Shown here in pieces: positions 53,886-64,000 of a stretch of DNA of 64,000 bases. Positions within the stretch are counted from its first letter, which is position 1. Every line of letters begins with the position of its first letter. The notes under the pieces are model-generated. The model worked only from the letters and a program-made list of their open reading frames with translations, was not told the origin of the DNA and did no database searches. The position numbers were made by a program, and so were the translations under genes. Source of the DNA: Basidiobolus meristosporus CBS 931.73 (taxonomy: Eukaryota > Fungi > Basidiobolomycota); the NCBI GenBank assembly GCA_002104905.1, contig MCFE01000234.1, positions 1 through 64,000 of the forward strand, written 5' to 3'.

Positions 53886-55342
53886 AGACTAGTTCTGTTG
53901 GATGGTACCACATTGAGCCATAATTGCCATTGTGTGCCACAGAGGCATAGCAGACCCAAACTGGGCCACAGAGTATGAAGTATAGTTCCTTATCTTCATG
54001 CCAAGCAGCCCCTGTGCTTCACCCATTGTGCTGGAGAAAATCTATTTTTTGACCTTTTTACTTTGATCAATGTTGTTCAGGATGTGTAAGAGCACAAAAG
54101 GATTGAAGACATGCCTCTGGTACCCAATAGACTTGTTCCGTTGGATAGTGCCACATTGAGCCATGAGTGCCAAATGATGCCATAGTGTACCAGGGAGGCT
54201 AAGTGAGCCTATACTTGGCCACAGAGTGTGAAACATAGATCTGCATCTTCATGCAAAGCAGCCCCTGTGTTTCACCAATTGTGTTGGAGAAAATTCATTT
54301 TGACCTTTTTTTTAGGTCAATGTTGTGCAGGATGTGTAAGAGCACAACAGGATTGAAAATATGCATTTGGTACTCAATACCCATGGCACTCTGGATCTAG
54401 CTCCTGTGGCTTGTAACATGTCACAAAAATGCATGGCACTATCTTGGTCCACTGGTACTATCTGGCACTATATTTAATTATTAGCCCTAAAGTAAGATCT
54501 ATATAAAGCACTTATAGTGCCAGAGAGTACCAGTGGACCAAGATAGTGCCATGCATTGTTGTGACATGTAACAAGCCACGGGAGCTAGATTTAGAGTGCC
54601 ATGGGTATTGAGTACCTGATGCATGTCTTCAGTTCTTCTGTGCTCTTACACATCCTGCATAACATTGATCCACAAAAAAACATCAAAAATGGATTTTCTC
54701 CATCACAATGATTGAGACACAGGGGCTGCTTTGCATGAAGATGTAGATCTATGTTTCACACTCTGTGGCTAAGTATAGGCTCACTTGGCCTCTCTGGCAC
54801 ACTAAGGCATTATTTGGCATGCATGGCTCAATGTGGCACTATCCAACGGAACAAGTCTAATATCCATGGCACTCTAAATCTAGCTCCTGTAGCTTGTAAT
54901 GTGTCCCACAAATTCATGGCACTCTCTTGGTCCACTGTTACTATCTGACACTATATTTAAGTATTAGCTCTGAAATAAAACCTATACAAAGTACTTATGG
55001 TGCTATATATAATCAGTTGACCAAATTTGTGCCATGCATTTTTGTGACATGCTACAAGCTACAGGGGCTAGATTCAGAGTGCCATGAATATTGGGTGCCA
55101 TATGCATGTCTGCAATCCTTTTGTGCTCTTACACATCCTGAACAACATTGATCCAAGTAAAAAGGTCAATAAATGGATTTTCTTCAGCACAATGGGTGAA
55201 ACACAAGGGCTGCTATGCATGAAGATAAGGAGCTATGTTTCACACTCTGTGGCCAAGTATAGGCTCACTTAGCCTCCCTGGCACACTAAGGCATCATTTA
55301 GTACTCATGGTGCAATGTGGTACTCTGCAATGGAATAAGTCT
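53886..55342. mobile_element. Older foldback element copy interrupted by a younger copy of itself
   Basis: The arm starts AGACTAG at 53886, breaks at 54128, resumes at 54862 and ends TAAGTCT at 55342. Confidence 0.85.
54129..54858. mobile_element. Youngest foldback element (730 bp; arms 54129-54472 and 54513-54858, 40-bp spacer), AAT TSD
   Basis: AAT|AGACTTGTTCCGTTGGATAG...CTATCCAACGGAACAAGTCT|AAT; terminal CpGs are retained. Confidence 0.92.
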
Positions 55343-55919
55343 AACATTTAGGTGAAAGTATTTCCAGTAAACTCCAACCAAGAGTATGGTCAGTACTCAC
55401 TATGATTTGTAGATACAATATAAGTGACAGAGCTAGGTGGATATTTAATTGAAATCATAAATTCTTACAGCATTCCCACTCAACTCAATGTTCATAGTGA
55501 TAAGTACTAATTGTGCCCTAAGATGTTCAAATTGTCTCTAGCTAGTGGCTGGTATATATGTTTGCAGTCACTTTTATGGAGGACAGTAAGCTATGTTGAC
55601 AAAGTTATTCTCTATCACTTCTTGTATGAAGAGACATATAAAAAGCTTGTTCTGTTGGGTAGTGCCACATAGTGCCAGCCTGGTAATAGTGTTGCATTGC
55701 TCCTGCATCCTACAGCCCCATATGGCACTATAACTTCTACTATCATGCCAGTGGTAGGATATAGTAACTGGTAATTATACTCAATCTTACATATGTCACT
55801 CAGAGTAGTTCTTTTCTTGTTTGATTTACTCTTCATAATGCTCCAGATATATCTATCTCAGTGAATGTCTTCTTATATGAATACACTGAATATTGATTAG
55901 CATCTTGACAGATATAGCT

Positions 55920-56478
55920 ATTCAGTTGTTTTCTTCTATATATGACTCTTTTCTGTATTTACCTGCCAATATGCTGAATCTCTTTATAAGTCCATATGTA
56001 TGCTCCAATCTCACTCTGAAATTATTAAATACCTCACTGTAGAGCTTCTGCTTCCTGCCAAGTACACTATTCATTGTATGCCTATAAACTATAATACAAC
56101 CTGATCTCTGGCAATTGGCATGTATATAAGCTAAGTCTGCCATACAGTTCTCCCCTCAACTGAGTTTGGGACAATTCTCTACCCATAGTGCTTTGTTATG
56201 CCTATTTTCAGCAAATAGCCTACTAAACCACATGATATTACCCTCCATGTTAGTCAGTACCTGAAACTTCAAGCAGTATGCCTTGTATTTGCTAGAATAA
56301 AGGTGCCTCTGCCCTCTAGAAGGTTTGTTGATCCTGACAGGGAAGGTATCCAAAATACTCCTGCCATGTAACCTATTGCTGAACACTCTGGGATGTGGAA
56401 GTCATTGGGGCTTCTGAACCTAGTATTCCAAGCTTGCTCAAACTCATTTATACCCTCTGAAAGGTGGTTTCCCATTAC
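55920..56478 (-). pseudogene. PIF/Harbinger (DDE_Tnp_4/HARBI1-like) transposase relic
   Basis: LDTFPVRINKP..Q..YSSKYKAYCLKFQVL, GENCMADLAY and FNNFRVRLEHTYGLIKRFSIL reproduce the D-D-E motif spacing; one stop; 5' end cut by an LTR. Confidence 0.82.
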
Positions 56479-56869
56479 TGTCAGCTTAGAATGGAATCTT
56501 CCAGGACTTTAATTGCCATAGGTTGTGGGATGAAGCCTGTTAGTTTGAAAATTCTCATCAAACTTTGTTGTTCATCCACAAAGAGGGTCAGTATTTATAC
56601 ACTTTTAGAAGAAATACTGCTCTAACACTAAGTAAGGAGTGTTACTGAACACTTAGGAGCTCTCTGTAGCAGCATCAGGGTTAGTACATATTTTTAGGTA
56701 AGAAGTGTCAATTTGGTCTTACTATAGGGGAATAATCATAAGATCATAGATCTGAAGAAACTGGCAGAGTTAGGGCTCTAGGGTAGCTCTATAGTGACCA
56801 AAACTAGTCTAGAATTGTTAAGTAAATTTTTAGCTGCTGAATGACACCAAATAGTCTAACATTTCAACA
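56479..56869 (-). mobile_element. Diverged LTR of copia family B
   Basis: Reverse complement matches 43066-43433 (tcattcagcagct, ttcttcagatctatgatc, ttcccctatag). Confidence 0.65.
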
Positions 56870-57097
56870 TAAATCTCCATCAATTGTCATGTGTCCCATC
56901 ATTATGCCCTTAATATCTTCTGCCAACAATGACTTGGCAATATTATTGATGATTTATGCACAACTCTGTAATCAAAAAAGAAAAACTGTAACTGATGTGC
57001 TCTGAGCTCAGTCAATGCAATCTGAGATGCATCATGCATAATACATGGGAAATTCAACAGTCACAATATATTTCAAATATATTTCATATTAAACTAG

Positions 57098-58890
57098 TGT
57101 GGTGGTGTATAAGTCCAAAGGGCAAAATACAGCCAACACTTCTCAAGTGTGTGTGTGTCAGTGGGATGTTCACCTGGTGCAATAGCCTCTATCAAAAGCT
57201 TGCTAGGAATACTGGGTCTTCTATCTAATCTAATGTGAAGGGGGATAAAGCTTCAAGCTTGTCAAGGGAAAACTATTCAGCTACAATCCCCTACTTAGCT
57301 GGCATCTTAACAGAAGTTTATACTGGCTTCAATATCCTTTGAGATGACAGTGTACTAAAGCTTCCAAAGTCAGAACAACGGTAAACTCCGCCAAGAGGGA
57401 CTTGATAACAATGTAGCTTTGACCAATAGTTACAAAGACTGAAAAGTATATTTGCCTGTACAAGAACAAACCTGGTAATACAATCAAATATACTGAAATA
57501 TAGCTACTCTGAGTATTCCTCACAAGTAGTGCCTCCAAGGTCAGTTGGCTATCAGCACAGTTTCCTGGGAGTATTGCCAGGTCTAAGTCAGAAAGTAGTG
57601 GTAATAGGTAGCAGTGATCTCACTAATCAATAAGTCAGAATATTGGAAGAGGGCATGATTTATTTGTAAGGGATAGCCTCCCTTGTATACTTTGTTTTCT
57701 GCTCAAATTCTTGCTAGGAAATAGACTTGTTCTGTTGGATAGTGCCACATTGAGCCATGAGTGCCAAATGATGCCATAGTGTGCCAGAGAGGCCAAGTAA
57801 GCCTATACTTAGCAACAGAGTGTGAAACATAGATCTGCATCTTCATGCACAGCATCCCATGTGTCTCACCTATGATGCAGGAGAAATTCCTTTTTTTGAC
57901 GTTTTTTTGTGGATCAATATTGTGCAGGATGTGCAAGAGCACTAAAGGATTGAAGATATACTTCTGGTACTCAAGACCCATGGCACTCTGAATCTAGCTC
58001 CTGTGGCTTGTAACATGTCACAAAAATGCATGGCACTATCTTGGTCCACTGGTACTATCTGGCACTATATTTAAATATTAGCCCTAAAGTAAGATCAATA
58101 CAAAGCACTTATAGTGCCAGAGAGTATCAGTGGACCAAGATAGTGCCATGCATTTTTGTGACATGTTACAAGCCACAGGAGCTAGATTCAGAGTGCCATG
58201 GGTATTGAGTACCAGATGTGTATCTTCAGTCCTTGAGTGCTCTTGCACATCCTGTACAACATTGACCTAAAAAAAGGTCAAAAAATGGATTTTCTCCATC
58301 ACAATGATTGAGACACAGGGGCTGCTTTGCATGAAGATGCAGATCTATGTTTCACACTCTGTGGCCAAGTGTAGGCTCACTTGGCCTCCCTGGCACACTA
58401 TGGCAACATTTGGCACTTGTGACTCAATGTGGTACTATCCAACAGAACAAGTCTAATACTTTCCAGAAGTTTCTGGAAGGTAGTAAAGTGCCAATCATGT
58501 AATTGTGTACTAAAAATAGCACAAATTCTTGTGGTTGCTCCATGTGACATAGTAGTACCTAGCCAATCAGATAGTGGTAATATGAAACCTCAGTGTCATG
58601 TAGTTAAGAGGGTTATGAAACCAGGATGGTCACATGACATAGGCACTATTGGAGGTACTTGCCTTATTTGGAGACTATCTTATCATGGCATCTTAGCAAG
58701 GAATAGGATCAGATTGTGCAATGAATTAATAGTGGCACATAGTTTGCCAGGACACGTAATAATAATCACATCAACAGATAGAAAATATTGCAATTTGGGA
58801 TGATACTGATATAGGGGTGATTCTTTTTAGGGCAGTGAACATATGGGAATGAGCATATCTGCTTGTGGGTGTTGCTGTGACCCCACTACA
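57098..58890. mobile_element. LTR family C copy carrying a foldback insertion
   Basis: TGTGGTGG...CCACTACA; flanks CTAG/CCAG; internal part replaced around 57700-58810. Confidence 0.75.
57723..58454. mobile_element. Foldback element, 732 bp, AAT TSD
   Basis: AAT|AGACTTGTTCTG...CAGAACAAGTCT|AAT; near-identical to 54129-54858. Confidence 0.92.
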
Positions 58891-59269
58891 CCAGGTTGAT
58901 TCCAATATACTGCTTTAAACTATCTTGATCTGTCCCTATGGTCCCTGTACCAAGTCTTACTTCATCTTTAGTGCAACCCAGGTAAATCCTGTCCCCAGCA
59001 CACCTATATGGTCTAGATCAGAAAAGACAAAGTGGGATCTGCTCAAATTCCTGCCAAAAAATTTCAGTATGGCCCAAGTGTCTATGAAGAGCCTTCATAC
59101 AGATATTTGAGCGCTACTCATTAGTCTAGCAGTACTTAGTACCTCAGAGAGCTGACAGAATTGGAAGATCTTGAGTCAAAAACAATGGCATGAATTTCAC
59201 ATCAAGATGCCAGCAGTTGTATGTAAGAATGCATAAAACAAACCCTACAAAAAGTAATTGCTCCTAGAG

Positions 59270-60300
59270 GTGGATCCAATTAATATCAGCCATTACAATC
59301 CCTTCAGGAGACCATTACAGTACCAGCAGCTTGGAAAATGACCTTCCACACAATCTTATGAAGGGATCATGATAGTGTTTGGCCAATTTTAAAGCCAAAT
59401 AAAGTTAAAAGCATTACAGTACTTAGGCAGTGTGTTGCCAGGGGCACATGGCATTGTTGCAGTCTTCATATGCTCAACAACTTTTTGAGTGGATCACCTG
59501 CAGGTACATCCAATTTCCTTATGTGGCAGAAACTTGACAGGGTTAGCAGGCCTCATTGCTAGCCTCTAATGGTAGTGTAATGGCATTATGGTGGCCTATA
59601 GTTAGCTCTGTATAATGTTACTGTACCAATTTAGCAAATGATATTTCCTTTTTCTACCTCCCCTTGTGCAATTTGTATATTCCACTATAGAGCTGCCCCT
59701 CTTTACTTGCTATCCATGACTACCTTGGGTATTCCACATATAGCTTGAATCTAAAAATACTATTGCCTCTTGCCTTCCCTATGAGAAATAATTTGGTCCT
59801 GCAGGTGGATCCAATCAGATCAGCTGTCTGGATCCTACTAAGAGACCATCATAAAATCAGCAGCTTAGGATCAGTGACCCGCTTAACAATCTTATGACAG
59901 GATCATGACAGTGTTTTGCTACTTTACTACCAAATAAAGTTATAAAACTTGATGGGGTTTAAATGGTGCTGTGATAATAACTGCATGGTATTGTTGCGGT
60001 CTTATTACGCTCCACAACTATTGCAAATGGATCCAACTGGCCAAGACATCTAGTTGCCTTATATGGCAAGAAACCTGATGGTATTTTGACAAGTTCTAAG
60101 TATGACTCTGATGGCATTATATTGGCAGTACGGCAGCCTACAGCTGGTTCAGTATAATGCAGCCATACCAATCTACCCAATGGTATTTCCTTTTTCTACC
60201 TCCCCTTGTGCAGTTCATATATTCCACTATGGAGTCCCCCCTCTTAATTTGCTTACCCCCTACTACCTTTGCCATTCCACATATAGCTCAAATCAAAAAA
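59270..60300 (-). repeat. Two tandem ~500-bp units downstream of the CACTA transposase
   Basis: Units start ggtggatccaat at ~59270 and ~59803 and are homologous to the 28060-29930 units. Confidence 0.75.
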
Positions 60301-61890
60301 AACCTATGGCCTCCTGCATACTAATCTCTACAAATGCACATACCTGCAACGATTGACATACTTCTATCACCTCAACTTTATGGATTTTAGTGTAGTACTT
60401 GCAAAGTTGCCATATATGTTGTACTGCTGGTTATATACACATCATGCAAGCATATGCTTGGTTGCTGCAACAACTGCTATAATTAACTCCTGAACATCTG
60501 CAAAGAACTTCTTGGAATTTAGCCAATATATTCCTTCTCTCAGCTGGATTCTAGTCCCCCTTATAGGTGCACTCAGGCTCTTGTTTGTATGAGTTCTATA
60601 TGCAATGGTGTAGAAATAGGCTTGTGATCAAAAGAAATTCAGCATATCTTGGTGGAGTTTTCCTAATAAAATTCAGTTGCTTGTTGCACCCAACCCAACA
60701 TTGCATTACATATCTGACTACCCATGCATTGGGGCTGCTTAGCTTCTCAATGTCATAGGCATAGGTGTCTCCATGTGTACATTTGTCCTCAGTATTGTCC
60801 AACTCTTCCTGGCTGTCCTCCATGTGCCAAATTATCATATCCATGACAGACTTGAAGGTAATATTCTTGATGAAATTGGGATATGGTAGTACCTGCAACT
60901 TGGCTTGTCTTCCTATCTCCCCACACATCCACTACATAGAAAACTCCTAAAAGGTGAGGCAAGGCCCAATATTTTCCACATGCCATGCAAGATGGAGTAG
61001 AGAATAGATACAGTGGCAGCAGAGATCTATGCATTCAGCTTTATGTTGGTAATATACCTGCTCATATCCTGTTACAAACTCCTGGCACAACAGCAATAGA
61101 TGAGTCAAGTTGGCATTGGTTATCCACTTCTGGTTAAATAGTCCTACAATGTCCACATATGACTCCCAATGCTTCCAATGTACTCTTGGTAGGAATGGCT
61201 TCAGAACACCACTTGAAAAAATATATATCCAGTTCATCCAGTCTTTGCATTTGTATTGTTGCATATGCATATGAATATTGATTGGAGTCTGTGAGAAGTA
61301 CCTAGGGTGGAAGATACTCTGTAATATCTTGCCAATTCTTTCAAATTTCTCTGGTATCTCAAAGGGCTGATTTAGCTTGAAATGCCCCATGTACAACTTG
61401 GTCATCAGTATAGGGATACTGTTGATAAGCAAAAGCATTGCTCCCAGTGGAAAGCTTTTGTCCCAACAGATACCCTCTACCTTAAGTATCTCTGGTTTCC
61501 AATTGATCCCATATTCTGGCCAATGGCTTATAGCTTGCTAACTTTGCTGCAATTGCATGCTGACTTCTGTACATTGTCTCTGTGGAAAGATGATGCTCTT
61601 AGTGCTAGTGCTTGGGTAATAATAATGTGTGTGGGTTATGGAATAAATCCTCTGGCTCTCACACATTGAACAGCAATACCATCCGTTGTGCCTGGAAAAA
61701 CCTGCTATCTTCCTGATAGCTGGGGTATCTGTGGTAATGGAAAGTATTCCATTACTACAATATCTCTTAACCAATATTGCACTCATTTCTTTATTTTGCC
61801 TTTTGCTATTGTAACACCCAAGTGAAAGATCAAGAATTTCCAACTTTGAAGAACAAACGCTCCAGACTCTGACAAGCAATCCACCCAAAA
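60300..61890 (-). pseudogene. CACTA/EnSpm (Transposase_21-type) transposase, C-terminal part
   Basis: TDTPAIRKIAGFSRHNGWYCCSMC, YKCKDWMNWIYIFS, EFVTGYEQVYYQ..LCCHCIYSLLHL...IGP and MCGEIGRQAK..PYPN. Confidence 0.85.
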
Positions 61891-62399
61891 ATATTACGTC
61901 ATACAGAACACATGGTAGTCAACACATGTTTTAAATTACAGCTCATTTGAAGCAGTACCTCAGGAGTTATGACTAAAAGAGTTCAATTATTATATATACT
62001 ATGCCTTATTGCTAGCATTACTATGGTGACTTTAATTGCATGTAACTTTTGAACCAGCAAATTAAATCACGTGAAATCTTCATAGGTGCTGCGCCTATAT
62101 CCAATCTGTGCAAATGCAAAATTTCAGCTTTATATCACATGTATTGCTTGCGCAATTGCTCAAAAACTTTGATCCTTCAAGATTTTCATATATATGACTT
62201 CCCCAGCTGAAAAATAAAGGGAGAGTCTCTCTTTCCAGAATCTCCACACTACAATTACAAGTTTAAAGGTTATAAGACTTCCCCTGCATCACTTGCACTG
62301 TTGAGTATTATGACTTTGATTGGTACTACATCAGTAAAGAGACCATAAAGCTCACAAGAGTCCAATCTAAGTTCTACAAGAAACTACCACTTTTCTGTT

Positions 62400-62575
62400 G
62401 GAAAAGTCCCCTCTAAGAAGCCCCCTTTACTCTAAAGACCCCTTTAGACACCCCTTTAGGAAACCCCTTTACTCTAAAGAAACCCCTTTAGGCACCCCTT
62501 TAGTGTAAATCCACTTTAGAGACCACTACAACAAGTCCCTTTACTCTAATGACACCCCTTTAGGCTAAAGGGGAG
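62400..62575. repeat. Array of ~9 short CCCCTTTA(G/C) motifs
   Basis: cccctttactctaaag / cccctttagacacccctttagg repeated, ending in the inverted taaaggg; CACTACAACAA at 62524. Confidence 0.75.
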
Positions 62576-62861
62576 TTCAGAACTTCCATATTAGGAAATG
62601 TTCTCTGAAAGGAAAGTGACTTCAAATAAGGAAAAGTTACTAAAAAGTAAATAAGCCCGTTAGTCAACAGAAGGTCAGAACACTGCTGTCAAAGTGATAA
62701 ACACTGCCTACAGTATATTTTGAGCCTAAGATTGAGGAAATTAGCAAAAGTTATATCTTCTATTGGTATATCAAACTCCCAATAAACTATCTCAGTATTA
62801 GCATACTGAAAGTAGTTGTATATTGTTAATTAGCTACATTGTAGAACAAGCCTCAAGCTAA

Positions 62862-63700
62862 TCATAATACAACACAACATATCTCCAATGCAGATGATAA
62901 TATTTGCTTTACATGACAGCCATTCACTGTTATCCTGCTGGAAAGCATACAAAATTCATCCAGCAATGAATACAGGTAGCTATTCAGGTTGGGCAGTGAT
63001 CTAGGCCCAAATTCCAGTAAGACTACCATCAGATTATTACTCTGATACTGCAAGATGGGTAGCATATTCAGATTGATGAAATTTAGTGGCCAGCAGGATT
63101 TGCGGGTAGAATACTTGTTCAATGAGAATCCATCAAGTACTAAGGCAAAGACATGGTCAGACATATCTTCAAAGTAGCCCTAGCTTCTTATCTCTTTGTA
63201 ATGTTTGCCATCAAATATATTGGATGTGTTTGTGCTTGATTGATACTGAGTGCAGTACTGTATAGCTTTGCAATATTTGTTGGACTGCATCAGCTTCTTC
63301 AGACAGGGTATTACCAGACTATATCTGGAGTGCAAACAATGTTTTCCCTCAAAGGTGGTGGGTCCCTGACAATTTGGACACGTTACAATGGTAGCATTTT
63401 CTGATGTGAATGCCATGCAACTGTTAATGCATGCTGGAATCAGGACAGTCTCTGGATCATATGTTGCCAGCCACATGATGGTTATCCACTTGTACCATAT
63501 ACAGAGTAGGTTGCATCCAGGAATGACTTTGGCAAGAAGTAGTAATAAATCCTCAAAGCCCCCATTACTGATATTAGAGGAAACTTACCACATCTCTGGC
63601 CACAACATTACATCATTTGCCAGTAGATAGATTACTGGGCTCTCTTGGCTCTATAAAGTATCCTTAGCATTTGTTTTAACAGGTGCATTGCATATTGGGA
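62862..63700 (-). pseudogene. CACTA/EnSpm transposase, N-terminal/catalytic part (probably a second copy)
   Basis: ACINSCMAFT..TCPNC, NIFDGKHY, ALVLDGF and SCWPLNFINLNMLP..GPRSLPNLNSYL..LLDEF. Its last residues are redundant with the start of the 61890 fragment. Confidence 0.85.
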
Positions 63701-64000
63701 TTAGACTGGGCTCATACATGGTATTGTTGCTAGGGAAGATAGGCTCCCAATCCATCAGTAAACCTTTGTTGTCAGAGCTATTGCTCAGCATGCTATATTC
63801 AGAAGGCTGAAGTGAGCCTAAAGGTGTCACAAACCCACCTGACTAAGTTTGCGCAAGGTGACAAAGATGGCAAGGTGCCAATATCAAAGTATCAACTAGC
63901 CAGCAAAATAATATTGGTACAGCAGCAACCAATGAATGGTCAAATATGACTTGTGTGGCAAAATACTGGCCCTGATCCTTGTAATCCTTCCTTGTAATTC

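Noticed and set aside
54126-54861. TA target duplication (Tc1/mariner) for the foldback element
   Set aside because: The self-nested junction fits only a 3-bp AAT duplication.
32904-58454. Regularly recurring palindromic repeats as a CRISPR array
   Set aside because: Eukaryotic context, no unique spacers and no cas genes; explained by foldback elements with TSDs.
60300-63700. A single CACTA transposase interrupted by one insertion
   Set aside because: The two fragments overlap in the region just before the D-x-P-A motif, so they more likely come from two copies.

Overview
This is a eukaryotic, almost certainly fungal, window: introns are 55-77 nt GT-AG with CTRAC/TACTAAC branch points. The G-beta sequence and a CBM19-type module suggest an early-diverging (Mucoromycota/Zoopagomycota-like) fungus, which is inference. 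Two CpG-normal gene zones (1-~6450 and ~11000-24230) alternate with strongly CpG-depleted transposon graveyards (~6450-11000 and 24230-64000). Genes: the 3' part of a very long Thr/Val tandem-repeat protein ending in a CBM19-like chitin-binding module, an iron-containing alcohol dehydrogenase (maleylacetate-reductase-like), a heterotrimeric G-protein beta subunit, ureidoglycolate lyase, and two small orphan candidates. The TE blocks hold two Ty1/copia families, Ty3/gypsy elements (one with a chromodomain), many solo LTRs with readable TSDs, CACTA/EnSpm and PIF/Harbinger transposase relics, and a ~730-bp foldback family with AAT TSDs. The most unusual observations are four. (i) A ~1.07-kb LTR family appears to insert at CpG-centred 4-bp targets. 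(ii) The foldback family is self-nested and lies next to a Harbinger transposase. (iii) The adhesin-like protein ends in a chitin-binding module instead of a GPI signal. (iv) There is a three-level gypsy>copia>copia nest. All alignments were done by eye and none was computed.
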